From: Myxococcota bacterium
Lineage (GTDB): Bacteria; Myxococcota_A; UBA796; CAJQPC01
Direction of reading: 5' to 3'
Length of the DNA stretch: 64,000 nucleotides
NCBI GenBank assembly: GCA_036229005.1
Contig: JAZAMN010000050.1
Location: 1-64,000 of the forward strand
The notes under the pieces: model-generated
The model's database searches: none
What the model saw: the letters and a program-made list of their open reading frames with translations, nothing else
What the model was told of the DNA's origin: nothing
Made by a program: the position numbers and the translations under genes
In this document: piece after piece, positions 36,029-45,503 of the stretch
Numbering within the stretch: the stretch's first letter is position 1
Layout of the letters: every line of letters starts with the position of its first letter

Positions 36029-39000
36029 TTGTTCGAGCCCATTGCCATCGTCGGGCGGGCCTGTGTCCTGCCCGGCGCTCTCAGCCCAGAGCAGCTCTGG
36101 GAGAAGGTCCTCGCGGGCCAGGACCTCGTCTCCAACGCCCCCTCCGGGCGCTGGGGGGTGAGCCGGTCCAAGATCCTCTCCAGCCCTCAAGATCCGCAGG
36201 ACCACGCGTGGTCGGATCGGGGGGGCTACGTCGAGGGCTTCGAGCAGGTCTTCGACCCGCAGGGTTTTGAGCTGAGTGCCACCGAGATCGGTGGCCTGGA
36301 CCCGCTGTTCCAGTGGCTCCTGCACACGGGCCGGCAGGCGCTGAGCGAGGTCCGTGGGGCCCCGCGGAGGCGCACCGGCGTGGTGGTGGGCAACCTGGGC
36401 TTCCCCTCGTCCTCCATGAGCCGCTACGCCGAGACTGTGTGGCTCGGCGATGCGCAGGCCCAGGCGCTTGGAATCCCGAAGGTGGACGCTCGGAACCGTT
36501 TCATGTCTGGGTTGCCGGCGCACCTGCTGGCCCAGGCCCTCGGGCTTGGCGGTCCGGCTTTCGCGTTGGATGCGGCCTGCGCGAGCTCGCTCTACGCGCT
36601 CAAGCTGGCCTGCGACCGTCTGCAGGACCGCGAAGCGGATCTGATGTTGGCGGGGGCGGTGAATCGCTCCGACGACCTGTTCATCCACGTGGGCTTCTGC
36701 GCCTTGAGCGCGATGTCCAAGACCGGGCGGAGCAGGCCCTTCCACGCGCAGGCGGACGGGCTCGTCCCGGGTGAGGGGGCTGGAATCCTGGCCCTCAAGC
36801 GGCTCTCGGATGCCCAGCGGGATGGGGACACCATCCACGGTGTGATCCGAGGGGTCGGCCTGAGCAACGACGGGCGGGGCAGGGGACTGCTTGCGCCCTC
36901 CTCGGCAGGTCAGGTCCGGGCGATGGAGTCCGCGTTCACCCAGAGCGGTTGGACTCCGACGGATGTGACGCTGCTGGAGTGTCACGCGACGGGGACCACC
37001 GTCGGGGACGGCACGGAGCTGGACTCCATGTCCCAGGTCTATGCGTCTTGTCAGCAGCTCCCCATCGGCTCGCTCAAGTCGAACATGGGGCACCTGATCA
37101 CGGCCGCTGGCGTGGCTGGCATCATCAAGGTGCTCGAGGCTATGCGCCACGGGCAGCGGCCGCCCACCCTGCATGTGGAGCAGCCCCATCCCAAGCTGTC
37201 GGGCGGACCCTTCCGGCTGCTGACTGCGGCCGAGCCCTGGGACGGGCCTCGCCGTGCGGGCGTCAGCGCTTTCGGGTTCGGCGGCAACAACGCCCACGTC
37301 CTGCTCGAGCAGAGCCCGTCCCAGGCGCCCAGCGCCGAGCCCTCTCCCAGTGGTCCCATCGCGGTCGTGGGGCTGGGGACCCTGGTCGGTGACACCCAGG
37401 GCCTCGCAGGCTTCTCCGAGGCGTTGGAGTCGGGTGTCGTTTCCAGGCGAGGGGAGCAGGTCGCGCTGCCGCTCAAGCGGATGCGCTTTCCTCCCAACGA
37501 CCTCAAGCAGGCCCTCGGTCAGCAGACCGCGCTGCTTGCTGCGGCGGAGGAGGCAGTCCAGGGGCTCACGCTGCCCCCCGAGAAGACCTCGGTCCTGGTG
37601 GGGATGGGGACCGACCCCAACGTGTGTCGCTATGGCGCTCGGTGGCGGTCCGCGGACTGGGCCCCCCAGCTTGGGATGGAGCTCAGTACGCTCCGAGAGG
37701 CCTTCGTGCCGGTGCTCGAGGCGGCTGGTGTGCTGGGGACGATGCCCAACATCCCGGCCAACCGCCTGAACAGCCAGCTCGACCTGGGCGGCCCCAGCAT
37801 GGTGGTCTGCTCCGAGGAGCTCTCGGGTCTGCGTGCCCTGAATCTGGCGGCGCGCGCCCTGCGCAAGGGGGAGACCGACGCTGCGGTGGTCGGCGCCGTG
37901 GACCTGTGCTCTGACCCCGTCCACACCCGCGCAGCTCTCAGCCTGGGCCAGCGAGAGCCAGGGGGAGACGCCGCGGTGGTCGTGGTCCTCAAGCGCCTGG
38001 AGGATGCGCAGGCAGCGGGAGACAAGGTGCTCGCGGTGCTCGATGAGGCCGATGCCCCACCGCTCAGCCCCGATGGCCTCCGACGCCTGGTAGGACACAC
38101 GCACGCAGCCGAGGGCCTGTTGTTGGCCGCGGCCGCCATCCTGGATTGCATGGAGGGCCGCCGCGAGGGCGCCCTCCTGGACCTTGAAGCCCTGGGAGGA
38201 CAGCGCGAGAGCAGCGTGATCCTCTCCGCGGGCACCCAGCCCATCCCCGAGTACCAGCCCGAGGGGCCGCTGCTGCGGCTCCCGCTGCACTTGCCCGAGA
38301 TTCAGCTTCCCAAGGCCGCTGCGGCCATGGAGCCCCAACCGATGTCCGAGTCCGCGCTCTCTCCCTCCGGTGTCCAGACCATGGCGCCGGCGCCCGTCCT
38401 TCCCTCGGTGATGTCCGCCGGGGCGGAGCCTCCGCGCCCCCCTGTGCAGAAGACGGCGGTGCAGAAGGCCGCTGCGCTCCCGCCGGCTGCCCCGATGCCA
38501 CAGCCCATCGCGCCCCAGCAGCCCGTTGTGCCCCAGGTGCAGGCTCCGGTCGGGGGGGCATTCACTCACCCCCAGGCGGCGCAACTGGCTCAGCAGCTCG
38601 CGGCGCAGCAGCGCATGCTCACCCAGGTCCACCAGCAGTTCTTGGCCCAACAGGCCGAGGTCCAGCAGCGCTTCCTGGGGATGCGTCAGCGTGCCCTACA
38701 GACCCTGGTCGGGGCTGCCGGATCTCCGCTGATGCAGGCGGCCCAGGTGGCAGCCCCCACCCAGGCCCAGAGCGTGCCGACCCCCGCGCTCCACGCTCCC
38801 CGGAGCCCCGCGACCCCGAGCGCCCCCGCCGCTCCTCGCGTGCAGGCTCCCGTGCCGAGCCCGGTCGTGGGGCAGGTGGCCAAGGCGGTGAACCCACCCG
38901 CTCCGAAGGCCCAGGTCCCGCTCGCTCCCGTCCCCGCGAAGGCCCCCGCGCCCAAGCCGGCGCCCAAGGCTGCCGCCAAGGCCGAGCCTGCTGGGTTCAA

Positions 39001-42000
39001 GGACCCCAAGCACCCCTGGCGTACCGATCCGATGGCTCCCCCCGTGCCCTTCCGGGCGCGCCCCAAGGCCGAGGAGCTCCCCGGCCTCAAGCTGGACCGG
39101 GACGGGCTCATGGTCCACGCCGGCGGCAAGATCTCCGAGATCTACGGGGAGCAGTTCAAGCCCCAGGACGACTACGTCCGCCAGTGCCGGATGCCGCTGC
39201 CTCCGCTGCTGTTGGCTGACCGCCTGCTGGGCATCGACGCTGAGGCGGGTTCCATGGGGCGGGGCACCCTGTGGACCGAGACCGATGTGACCGAGGACGC
39301 CTGGTACCTGCACCAGGGACGCATGCCCGCGGGCATCATGATCGAGTCCGGTCAGGCCGACCTGATGCTGATCTCCTACCTGGGCATCGACTTGCAGCAC
39401 CAGGGCGACCGCATCTACCGCCTGCTGGGCTGCACCCTGACCTACCACGACTCGCTCCCGCAGCCGGGCGAGACGCTGACCTACGACATCCACGTGGACG
39501 GGCACGCCAAGCACGGCGACAAGCGCCTGTTCTTCTTCCACTACGACTGCCGGGTCGAGGGCAAGCCCCGCCTGACGGTCCGCCAGGGCCAGGCCGGGTT
39601 CTTCACGGACGCCGAGCTGCTGGAGTCCGGCGGCATCCTGTGGACCGCAGAAGAGGGCGAGTGCGTCGAGAACCCGCGCATGGACGAGCCGGACCTGCTC
39701 ACCACCAAGCGCTCGCTGAGCAACGCCGAGCTGGTGGCCTTCTCGGAGGGGCGCACCTCGGACTGCTTCGGGCCCGAGTTCTATCTGTCTGACGCCCACA
39801 CCCGCACCCCCCGCATCAGCGGCGGCAAGATGCTCTACCTGGACGAGGTCACCGACTTTGTCCCCAAGGGCGGCCCCTGGGGGCGTGGCTACCTGCGCGC
39901 GATCGACAAGGTGCACCCCACCCACTGGTTCTTCGAGGGGCACTTCCACAACGACCCCTGCATGCCCGGCAACCTGATGTTCGAGGGCTGCCTGCAGGCC
40001 ATGGCCGTCTACATGGCGGGCCTGGGCTTCACGGTGGATCGCGACGGCTGGCGCTTCGAGCCCGTGCCCGAGGAGCCCTACAAGCTGCTCTGCCGCGGTC
40101 AGGTCGACCCCAGCTCCCAGGAGCTGGTCTACGAGATCTTCGTCGAGGAGATCATCGCCGGCCCCGAGCCCACCATCTACGCAGACATGCTCTGCACGGT
40201 CGACGGCCTCAAGGCCTTCCACTGTCGCCGGATGGGCCTGCGTCTGGTCCCGAGCTGGCCTCTGGACTCCCGCGAGGACATGCCCGCCGACCACGAGGCC
40301 CGCGGGGTGGTCAAGCAGGCCCCCAGCGCCGCGCTGGAGTGGACCGGTGCGCCCCTCAAGAAGTTGGACACGCCCACCGAGCCCTTCCAGTTCGACTACC
40401 GCTCCCTGCTGGCCTGCGCCTGGTCTCGCCCGTCCAAGGCCTTCGGCCCCATGTACGAGACCTTCGACAGCACCCGCCGCGTCGCGCGCCTGCCGGGCCC
40501 GCCCTACCACTTCATGTCCCGGGTGAGCCAGATCGACGGCACCTTGGGCGGCATGTCCATCGGCGACAAGGTGGTCCTGGACTACGACATCCCCGAGAAG
40601 GCCTGGTACTTCTTGGAGAACGGCGCCCCCACCATGCCCTTCTGCGTGCTGCTTGAGGCGGCGCTCCAGCCCTGCGGTTGGCTTGCGAGCTTTGTCGGCT
40701 CCGCGCTGACCGTGGAGAACGACCTGTTCTTCCGGAACCTGGACGGCACCGGTGATCTGAAGGTGGAGCTGCTCCCGACCTGCGGGACCCTGCGCACCGA
40801 GGTCACCATCACCAACATCTCCCAGTCCGCCGGGATGATCATCGAGTCCTTCAAGGTGGACTGCTTCCTGGAGCACGAGGGCGAGCAGGTCCACGTCTAC
40901 GACCTCAAGACCGTGTTCGGCTTCTTCCCCAAGGTCGCCCTGGACAACCAGAAGGGCCTGCCCATCCTGCCCGAGCACAAGGCTGTGTTCGACGCGGAGT
41001 ACGAGGGTGAGGTGGTCGACCTGGACCGCTACAAGCCCGCTGGCGCCCCCCTGGCCCGGCCCTACCTGCGCATGATCGACAAGGTCACCGGTCGCTGGCC
41101 CGAGGGTGGGCAGGCCGGTCTGGGTGCGTGGCGCGCCGAGAAGGCCGTGGACACCAAGGAGTGGTTCTTCAAGGCCCACTTCTTCCAGGACCCCGTCCAG
41201 CCCGGCTCCCTGGGCATCGAGGCCCTGCTCCAGCTCGCCCAGTTCGCCATGCAGGACCTGGGGATGGACGCCGGCATCGAGCAGCCCCGCTTTGAGCCCG
41301 TCGAGCTCGGCCGCCCCATGTCCTGGAAGTACCGCGGCCAGGTTCGCACCTTCAACAAGCTCATCGGCTCCACCATCGAGATCACCGAGAAGGGCACGGA
41401 CGACGCCGGCAACCCCTTCATTGTCTGCAAGGGCAGCCTGTGGGTCGACGGCATGCGGATCTACGAGACCGAGAACATGGGCATGAAGGTCGTCTCCGGC
41501 GCTGCGGTCAAGCAGCCCGGTGGGGTCGGCCCCGCCCAGATGAGCGCCCCCACCCACGACGTGGTGCTGGACCCCGACGGCGAGCACGCCTGGCTGCGGG
41601 ATCACTGCCCCACCTGGACCGTGCCTGCCGCCCCCATGATGTGGATGGTGGACCGCATCGCCCAGGTGGCGTTCGAGGGCGGGGAGGGCCGCCTGGTCCT
41701 GGGCGTCCAGGACGTGGCCGTCAAGCGCTGGCTGGTCGCGGATGCCCCCACCAAGGTCAGCGCCGCGCTCCGCTACGAGAACGACCACATCCACGTCACC
41801 CTGAGTGATGAGGACGGCGTGGTCTGCACCGGCCGCGCCCACATGGGCTGGGAGCCGCTGGCCGGAGAGCACGGCTGGCCTGCGCTGGAGGCCGCCGAGG
41901 TCCCCAGCCCCTACGCCGCCGGCACCCTGTTCCACGGACCGCTGTTCCAGCTCCAGGAGTCCCTGCGCATGGGCGATGGCGGCAGCTCGGCCGTCCTCCG

Positions 42001-43639
42001 GGTGACCGGCGCGATCGGCTCCCACTGGGACGTCGCGCTGCTGGACGCCGCCACCCACGGCATCCCCCACGACGACCTGAGCCGCTGGAGCGCCGAGATC
42101 CCCGAGGGCATGGTCGCGTACCCCGCGTTCATCCCCGAGCTGCGCATCCACGGCGCCACCCCCAAGCCCGGCTCCGAGATCCGCTGCGAGGTCCGCTTTG
42201 ACGGCTTCCACGGCTCCAAGCAGCTCCCCCGCTTCAAGGTGCAGCTCGTCCAGGACGGCGGCTGGGTCTGGTGCTCGTTCACCCTGGTGGAGAGCCTCTT
42301 CCCCAAGGGCCCCCTGGGCAGCTTCGAGCCAGAAGGCCGGCGTCGCTTCCTGCGGGATCGCAAGTTCGTCCCCGGGCTCTCCTTGAGTGAGGGAGGGGTC
42401 CTCAAGGTGGCCGATGTCGATCGGTCCAACTGGCTCCCCGGGACCGTCGAGACCCTCTACGGGACCGCGGATGCAAGCGAGGTCGCCCTGGCCGAGGCCA
42501 TCGCCGCCGAGGTCCAGGTGCACCCCTACCGGGCCGCCGGCGCGCTGCCCCTGAACCCCATCGAGGCCACCCAGGAGGAGCTGGACGACGGCTGGCGCAC
42601 CACCGCCCGCATCGGCCCCCTCAAGCTGGACCCCGTGGTGGAGTTCTGGTCCGGCGTGTTCGACCGGGACCCTTGGCCCGTCGAGGACCTGTACTACGGG
42701 CTCATCCAGCGCTTTGTGCGCCGGGTGGTCACCCCGGAGCCGGAGGCCCTGGAGGCCGTTCAGGGCCGCAGCCTGCTGTACCTGGGCAACCACCAGACCG
42801 GCGTCGAGTCCCTGCTGTTCTCCATCGTGGCCAGCGGGCTCACCGGCGTCCCCACCGTCACCCTGGCCAAGGCGGAGCACCGCCACACCTGGCTGGGCAA
42901 GCTGATCGCCCACAACTTCTCGTACCCCGGGGTCACCGACCCCCGCGTCATCCAGTTCTTTGACCGGGACGACAAGGCCAGCCTGCCCAAGATCATCGGC
43001 GAGCTGGCAGCGGAGATGGCCGGGCCCGGCAAGTCCGTGATGGTCCACGTGGAGGGCACCCGCTCCCTGAACTGCCGCACCCCCGTGCAGAAGATGAGCG
43101 GCGCCTTCATCGACATGGCCCTCAAGGTCAACGCCCCCATCGTGCCCGTGCGCTTTGTGGGCGGTCTGCCCGCGGCGGACCTGGAGGCCCGCGTGGAGTT
43201 CCCCGTCGGCTTGAGCGCCGAGGGTCAGGAGCCCCCCAAGGGCCAGCCCTTCGCTCACGGCCTGGGACAGCAGGACATCTGGCTGGGCGCGCCCATCCTG
43301 CCCGAGGACATCGCGCACCTGCCCTATGGTGAGCGCAAGCGCATCGTGATCGACGCCATCAACGGCCTCGGTCCCGCCAACGCCGCCGAGGCGCCCTTCT
43401 CCGGCGACCTGGAGTTCGGGGAGAAGGTGGAGGCGTGGCGGTCCAGCACCGGCGCGACCCACGAGCACGCCACCTTGCTGCAGGTGCTGCGTGAGGCCGA
43501 GTCGGTCTGCCCCGAGACCCAGGCCATCCTGGACGGTCTGGATGGCTCCGGCTTCCAGAGCGAGGACAGCGAGGCCGGCGCTTGGCTGGCGGAACTGGCC
43601 CGCCGGCTCTACGGCGAGCAGGGTCCCCCAGTGAAGTAG
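36029..43639 (+). CDS. Myxobacterial-type Pfa3 (PfaC-like): KS-CLF-FabA-type DH/pseudo-DH pairs-PKS-type DH-AGPAT acyltransferase
   Basis: KS DAACASS/ECHATGT; CLF CSEELSG; FEGHFHNDPCMPG and FKAHFFQDPVQPG; WLRDHCPTWTVP; C-terminal GNHQTGVE...EGTRS...PIVPV. Confidence 0.9.
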   Translation: MFEPIAIVGRACVLPGALSPEQLWEKVLAGQDLVSNAPSGRWGVSRSKILSSPQDPQDHAWSDRGGYVEGFEQVFDPQGFELSATEIGGLDPLFQWLLHTGRQALSEVRGAPRRRTGVVVGNLGFPSSSMSRYAETVWLGDAQAQALGIPKVDARNRFMSGLPAHLLAQALGLGGPAFALDAACASSLYALKLACDRLQDREADLMLAGAVNRSDDLFIHVGFCALSAMSKTGRSRPFHAQADGLVPGEGAGILALKRLSDAQRDGDTIHGVIRGVGLSNDGRGRGLLAPSSAGQVRAMESAFTQSGWTPTDVTLLECHATGTTVGDGTELDSMSQVYASCQQLPIGSLKSNMGHLITAAGVAGIIKVLEAMRHGQRPPTLHVEQPHPKLSGGPFRLLTAAEPWDGPRRAGVSAFGFGGNNAHVLLEQSPSQAPSAEPSPSGPIAVVGLGTLVGDTQGLAGFSEALESGVVSRRGEQVALPLKRMRFPPNDLKQALGQQTALLAAAEEAVQGLTLPPEKTSVLVGMGTDPNVCRYGARWRSADWAPQLGMELSTLREAFVPVLEAAGVLGTMPNIPANRLNSQLDLGGPSMVVCSEELSGLRALNLAARALRKGETDAAVVGAVDLCSDPVHTRAALSLGQREPGGDAAVVVVLKRLEDAQAAGDKVLAVLDEADAPPLSPDGLRRLVGHTHAAEGLLLAAAAILDCMEGRREGALLDLEALGGQRESSVILSAGTQPIPEYQPEGPLLRLPLHLPEIQLPKAAAAMEPQPMSESALSPSGVQTMAPAPVLPSVMSAGAEPPRPPVQKTAVQKAAALPPAAPMPQPIAPQQPVVPQVQAPVGGAFTHPQAAQLAQQLAAQQRMLTQVHQQFLAQQAEVQQRFLGMRQRALQTLVGAAGSPLMQAAQVAAPTQAQSVPTPALHAPRSPATPSAPAAPRVQAPVPSPVVGQVAKAVNPPAPKAQVPLAPVPAKAPAPKPAPKAAAKAEPAGFKDPKHPWRTDPMAPPVPFRARPKAEELPGLKLDRDGLMVHAGGKISEIYGEQFKPQDDYVRQCRMPLPPLLLADRLLGIDAEAGSMGRGTLWTETDVTEDAWYLHQGRMPAGIMIESGQADLMLISYLGIDLQHQGDRIYRLLGCTLTYHDSLPQPGETLTYDIHVDGHAKHGDKRLFFFHYDCRVEGKPRLTVRQGQAGFFTDAELLESGGILWTAEEGECVENPRMDEPDLLTTKRSLSNAELVAFSEGRTSDCFGPEFYLSDAHTRTPRISGGKMLYLDEVTDFVPKGGPWGRGYLRAIDKVHPTHWFFEGHFHNDPCMPGNLMFEGCLQAMAVYMAGLGFTVDRDGWRFEPVPEEPYKLLCRGQVDPSSQELVYEIFVEEIIAGPEPTIYADMLCTVDGLKAFHCRRMGLRLVPSWPLDSREDMPADHEARGVVKQAPSAALEWTGAPLKKLDTPTEPFQFDYRSLLACAWSRPSKAFGPMYETFDSTRRVARLPGPPYHFMSRVSQIDGTLGGMSIGDKVVLDYDIPEKAWYFLENGAPTMPFCVLLEAALQPCGWLASFVGSALTVENDLFFRNLDGTGDLKVELLPTCGTLRTEVTITNISQSAGMIIESFKVDCFLEHEGEQVHVYDLKTVFGFFPKVALDNQKGLPILPEHKAVFDAEYEGEVVDLDRYKPAGAPLARPYLRMIDKVTGRWPEGGQAGLGAWRAEKAVDTKEWFFKAHFFQDPVQPGSLGIEALLQLAQFAMQDLGMDAGIEQPRFEPVELGRPMSWKYRGQVRTFNKLIGSTIEITEKGTDDAGNPFIVCKGSLWVDGMRIYETENMGMKVVSGAAVKQPGGVGPAQMSAPTHDVVLDPDGEHAWLRDHCPTWTVPAAPMMWMVDRIAQVAFEGGEGRLVLGVQDVAVKRWLVADAPTKVSAALRYENDHIHVTLSDEDGVVCTGRAHMGWEPLAGEHGWPALEAAEVPSPYAAGTLFHGPLFQLQESLRMGDGGSSAVLRVTGAIGSHWDVALLDAATHGIPHDDLSRWSAEIPEGMVAYPAFIPELRIHGATPKPGSEIRCEVRFDGFHGSKQLPRFKVQLVQDGGWVWCSFTLVESLFPKGPLGSFEPEGRRRFLRDRKFVPGLSLSEGGVLKVADVDRSNWLPGTVETLYGTADASEVALAEAIAAEVQVHPYRAAGALPLNPIEATQEELDDGWRTTARIGPLKLDPVVEFWSGVFDRDPWPVEDLYYGLIQRFVRRVVTPEPEALEAVQGRSLLYLGNHQTGVESLLFSIVASGLTGVPTVTLAKAEHRHTWLGKLIAHNFSYPGVTDPRVIQFFDRDDKASLPKIIGELAAEMAGPGKSVMVHVEGTRSLNCRTPVQKMSGAFIDMALKVNAPIVPVRFVGGLPAADLEARVEFPVGLSAEGQEPPKGQPFAHGLGQQDIWLGAPILPEDIAHLPYGERKRIVIDAINGLGPANAAEAPFSGDLEFGEKVEAWRSSTGATHEHATLLQVLREAESVCPETQAILDGLDGSGFQSEDSEAGAWLAELARRLYGEQGPPVK

Positions 43640-43767
43640 CAGGCTGCAGAGCAGCAGGTGGCTTTGGATGAGTCGCCTGCTGCGCTGCAGGCATACGTCC
43701 CAGGACATGCGTCCCCCCGGCTTCTCCTCAAGCTAAAGGGGGAGGGGACCAGAAATTGTCCGGGGGA

Positions 43768-44523
43768 TCAGTCGTCGAAGCGACCGTGGCGCCCCGCACC
43801 CTCCGCGAAGCGCGTCGCCCCCAGCCTGGCCTCGTCGATGACACGGAGTCCGCGATCGAACTCGCGGGCCATCGCGTCCGGGAGGTGGGCCATGCGGGTC
43901 GACCACCGATCCGCCCGCAGACAAGCCTGAGGAAAAGCGGCGATCTCCGCCGCAAGTGTGAGGGCCGAGGACAGCGCCTGACCGCTGGGAGCGAGCCGGT
44001 TCACCAAGCCGATCCGGTGGGCCTCTTGCGCATCGACGGGCCGCCCGGTGAGGACGAGGTCCATGGCCCGTGATTCACCGATCAGCCTGGGCAGCCGCAC
44101 CGTCCCTCCGTCGATCAAGGGGACCCCCCAGCGTCGGCAGAACACCCCGAACACGGCATCGTCCGCCGCGACCCGCAGATCCGCCCAGAGCGCCAACTCC
44201 AGGCCGCCAGCGACCGCGTGGCCCTCGATCGCGGCGATGACCGGCTTCTGCGTGCGCAGGCGGGTGGGGCCCATGGGGCCGGGGCCGTCTCGCTCCAGGC
44301 GGTTGGGCGTCCCCTCGGAGAGCGCCTTGAGGTCGGCTCCGGAGCAGAAGGTGCCGCCCTCTCCATGCAGGACCAGGACGTGGACCTCCGGGTCTGCGTC
44401 CGCAGCCTCGACGGCCGCCAACAGCGCGTCTGCCGTGTCCCGGTCCACCGCGTTCCGCCGCTCTGGTCGGCTCAGGTGGATGACCGCCGTCGCCCCGTGT
44501 CGGCTCGTCCAGACAGCGCTCAC
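43768..44523 (-). CDS. Enoyl-CoA hydratase/isomerase (crotonase family)
   Basis: Start GTG 44523 (GTGA overlap); RPERRNA, FCSGADL, KPVIAAIEGHAVAGGLELA, GVPLIDGGT. Confidence 0.9.
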   Translation of the reverse strand: MSAVWTSRHGATAVIHLSRPERRNAVDRDTADALLAAVEAADADPEVHVLVLHGEGGTFCSGADLKALSEGTPNRLERDGPGPMGPTRLRTQKPVIAAIEGHAVAGGLELALWADLRVAADDAVFGVFCRRWGVPLIDGGTVRLPRLIGESRAMDLVLTGRPVDAQEAHRIGLVNRLAPSGQALSSALTLAAEIAAFPQACLRADRWSTRMAHLPDAMAREFDRGLRVIDEARLGATRFAEGAGRHGRFDD

Positions 44524-45461
44524 AGCTCGGACTCGCTCAGGCAGGCCCCAGGCTCGGCGATGGACTGCGCGATCTCGGCCAGGCAGCCCCTCAACCAGGC
44601 GTGGGCGGGGTCCTGCTGGAAGCGCTGGTGCCACACCTGCCGGATGGTGAACTGAGGCAACTGCACGGGGGGCTCCAGGAGCTGCAGTCCCAGCGCGGCG
44701 CCGAAGGCGCAGGCCACGCGGGAGGCGAGGGTGAGCACGTGGTCGGTCTGGGCGACCAGCATCGGCGCGACGGAGAAGTGGGGGACGCTCACCGCGACCC
44801 GCCGCTTGAGCCCGCGCTGCGCGAGGACGTGGTCCACGACCCCCTGACCTCGGGCGCGGGGCGCGATCAAGACGTGCGGGTGCCGGGTGTATTGGTCCAG
44901 GCTCAGGCTCCCCTGGATGTCGGGGTGATCCGGACGGACCACACACACAAAGCGGTCGCGGAACAGGCCCTGCTGACGGAAGGAGCCAGGCATGTCCTGG
45001 AAGGCCCCCACGGCCAGGTCGATCTCCCCGGACTCCAGCGCGCTGCCGGGCAGGTCACCCAGGATCCGCACCCGCAGGTCCACCCCGGGCGCCCGCTGGG
45101 CCAGCATCTGCGCCAAGGCTGGCAGCAACACCATCTCCGCGTAGTCGTTGGCGGCCAGCGTGAAGCGCCGCTCCGCCGTGGCCGGGTCAAAGCGCCCGTG
45201 GTCCTCCAGCGCCCGCGACAGGGTGGTCAGGGCGTCGCGCACCGGTCCGGCCAGCTCCAGCGCCCTGGGGGTCGGCACCATCCCGGCCTTGGTGCGCACC
45301 AGCAGCTCATCCCCGATGGCCTTGCGCAGGCGCCGCAGAGCGTTGGACATCGCGGGCTGGGAGAGCCCCACGCGCTGGGCCGCCTTGGTGACCGAGCCCT
45401 CCTCCAGCAGCGCGTCGAAGGCGATCAAGAGGTTCAGGTCGATGGCGTGAAGATTGCTCAC
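44520..45461 (-). CDS. LysR-family transcriptional regulator
   Basis: IDLNLLIAFDALLEEGSVTKAAQRVGLSQPAMSNALRRLR; WH...DPAHAWLR. Confidence 0.93.
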   Translation of the reverse strand: MSNLHAIDLNLLIAFDALLEEGSVTKAAQRVGLSQPAMSNALRRLRKAIGDELLVRTKAGMVPTPRALELAGPVRDALTTLSRALEDHGRFDPATAERRFTLAANDYAEMVLLPALAQMLAQRAPGVDLRVRILGDLPGSALESGEIDLAVGAFQDMPGSFRQQGLFRDRFVCVVRPDHPDIQGSLSLDQYTRHPHVLIAPRARGQGVVDHVLAQRGLKRRVAVSVPHFSVAPMLVAQTDHVLTLASRVACAFGAALGLQLLEPPVQLPQFTIRQVWHQRFQQDPAHAWLRGCLAEIAQSIAEPGACLSESEL

Positions 45462-45503
45462 GTGAATCCCCAGACAAGGTGTATTCGCCTGGAGGATATC
45501 CCC

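Noticed and set aside
23738..43708. Giant minus-strand ORFs of 4970 aa and 1670 aa
   Set aside because: Antisense shadows of ole/pfa genes caused by high-GC codon bias; no motifs, while the plus strand carries clear enzymes
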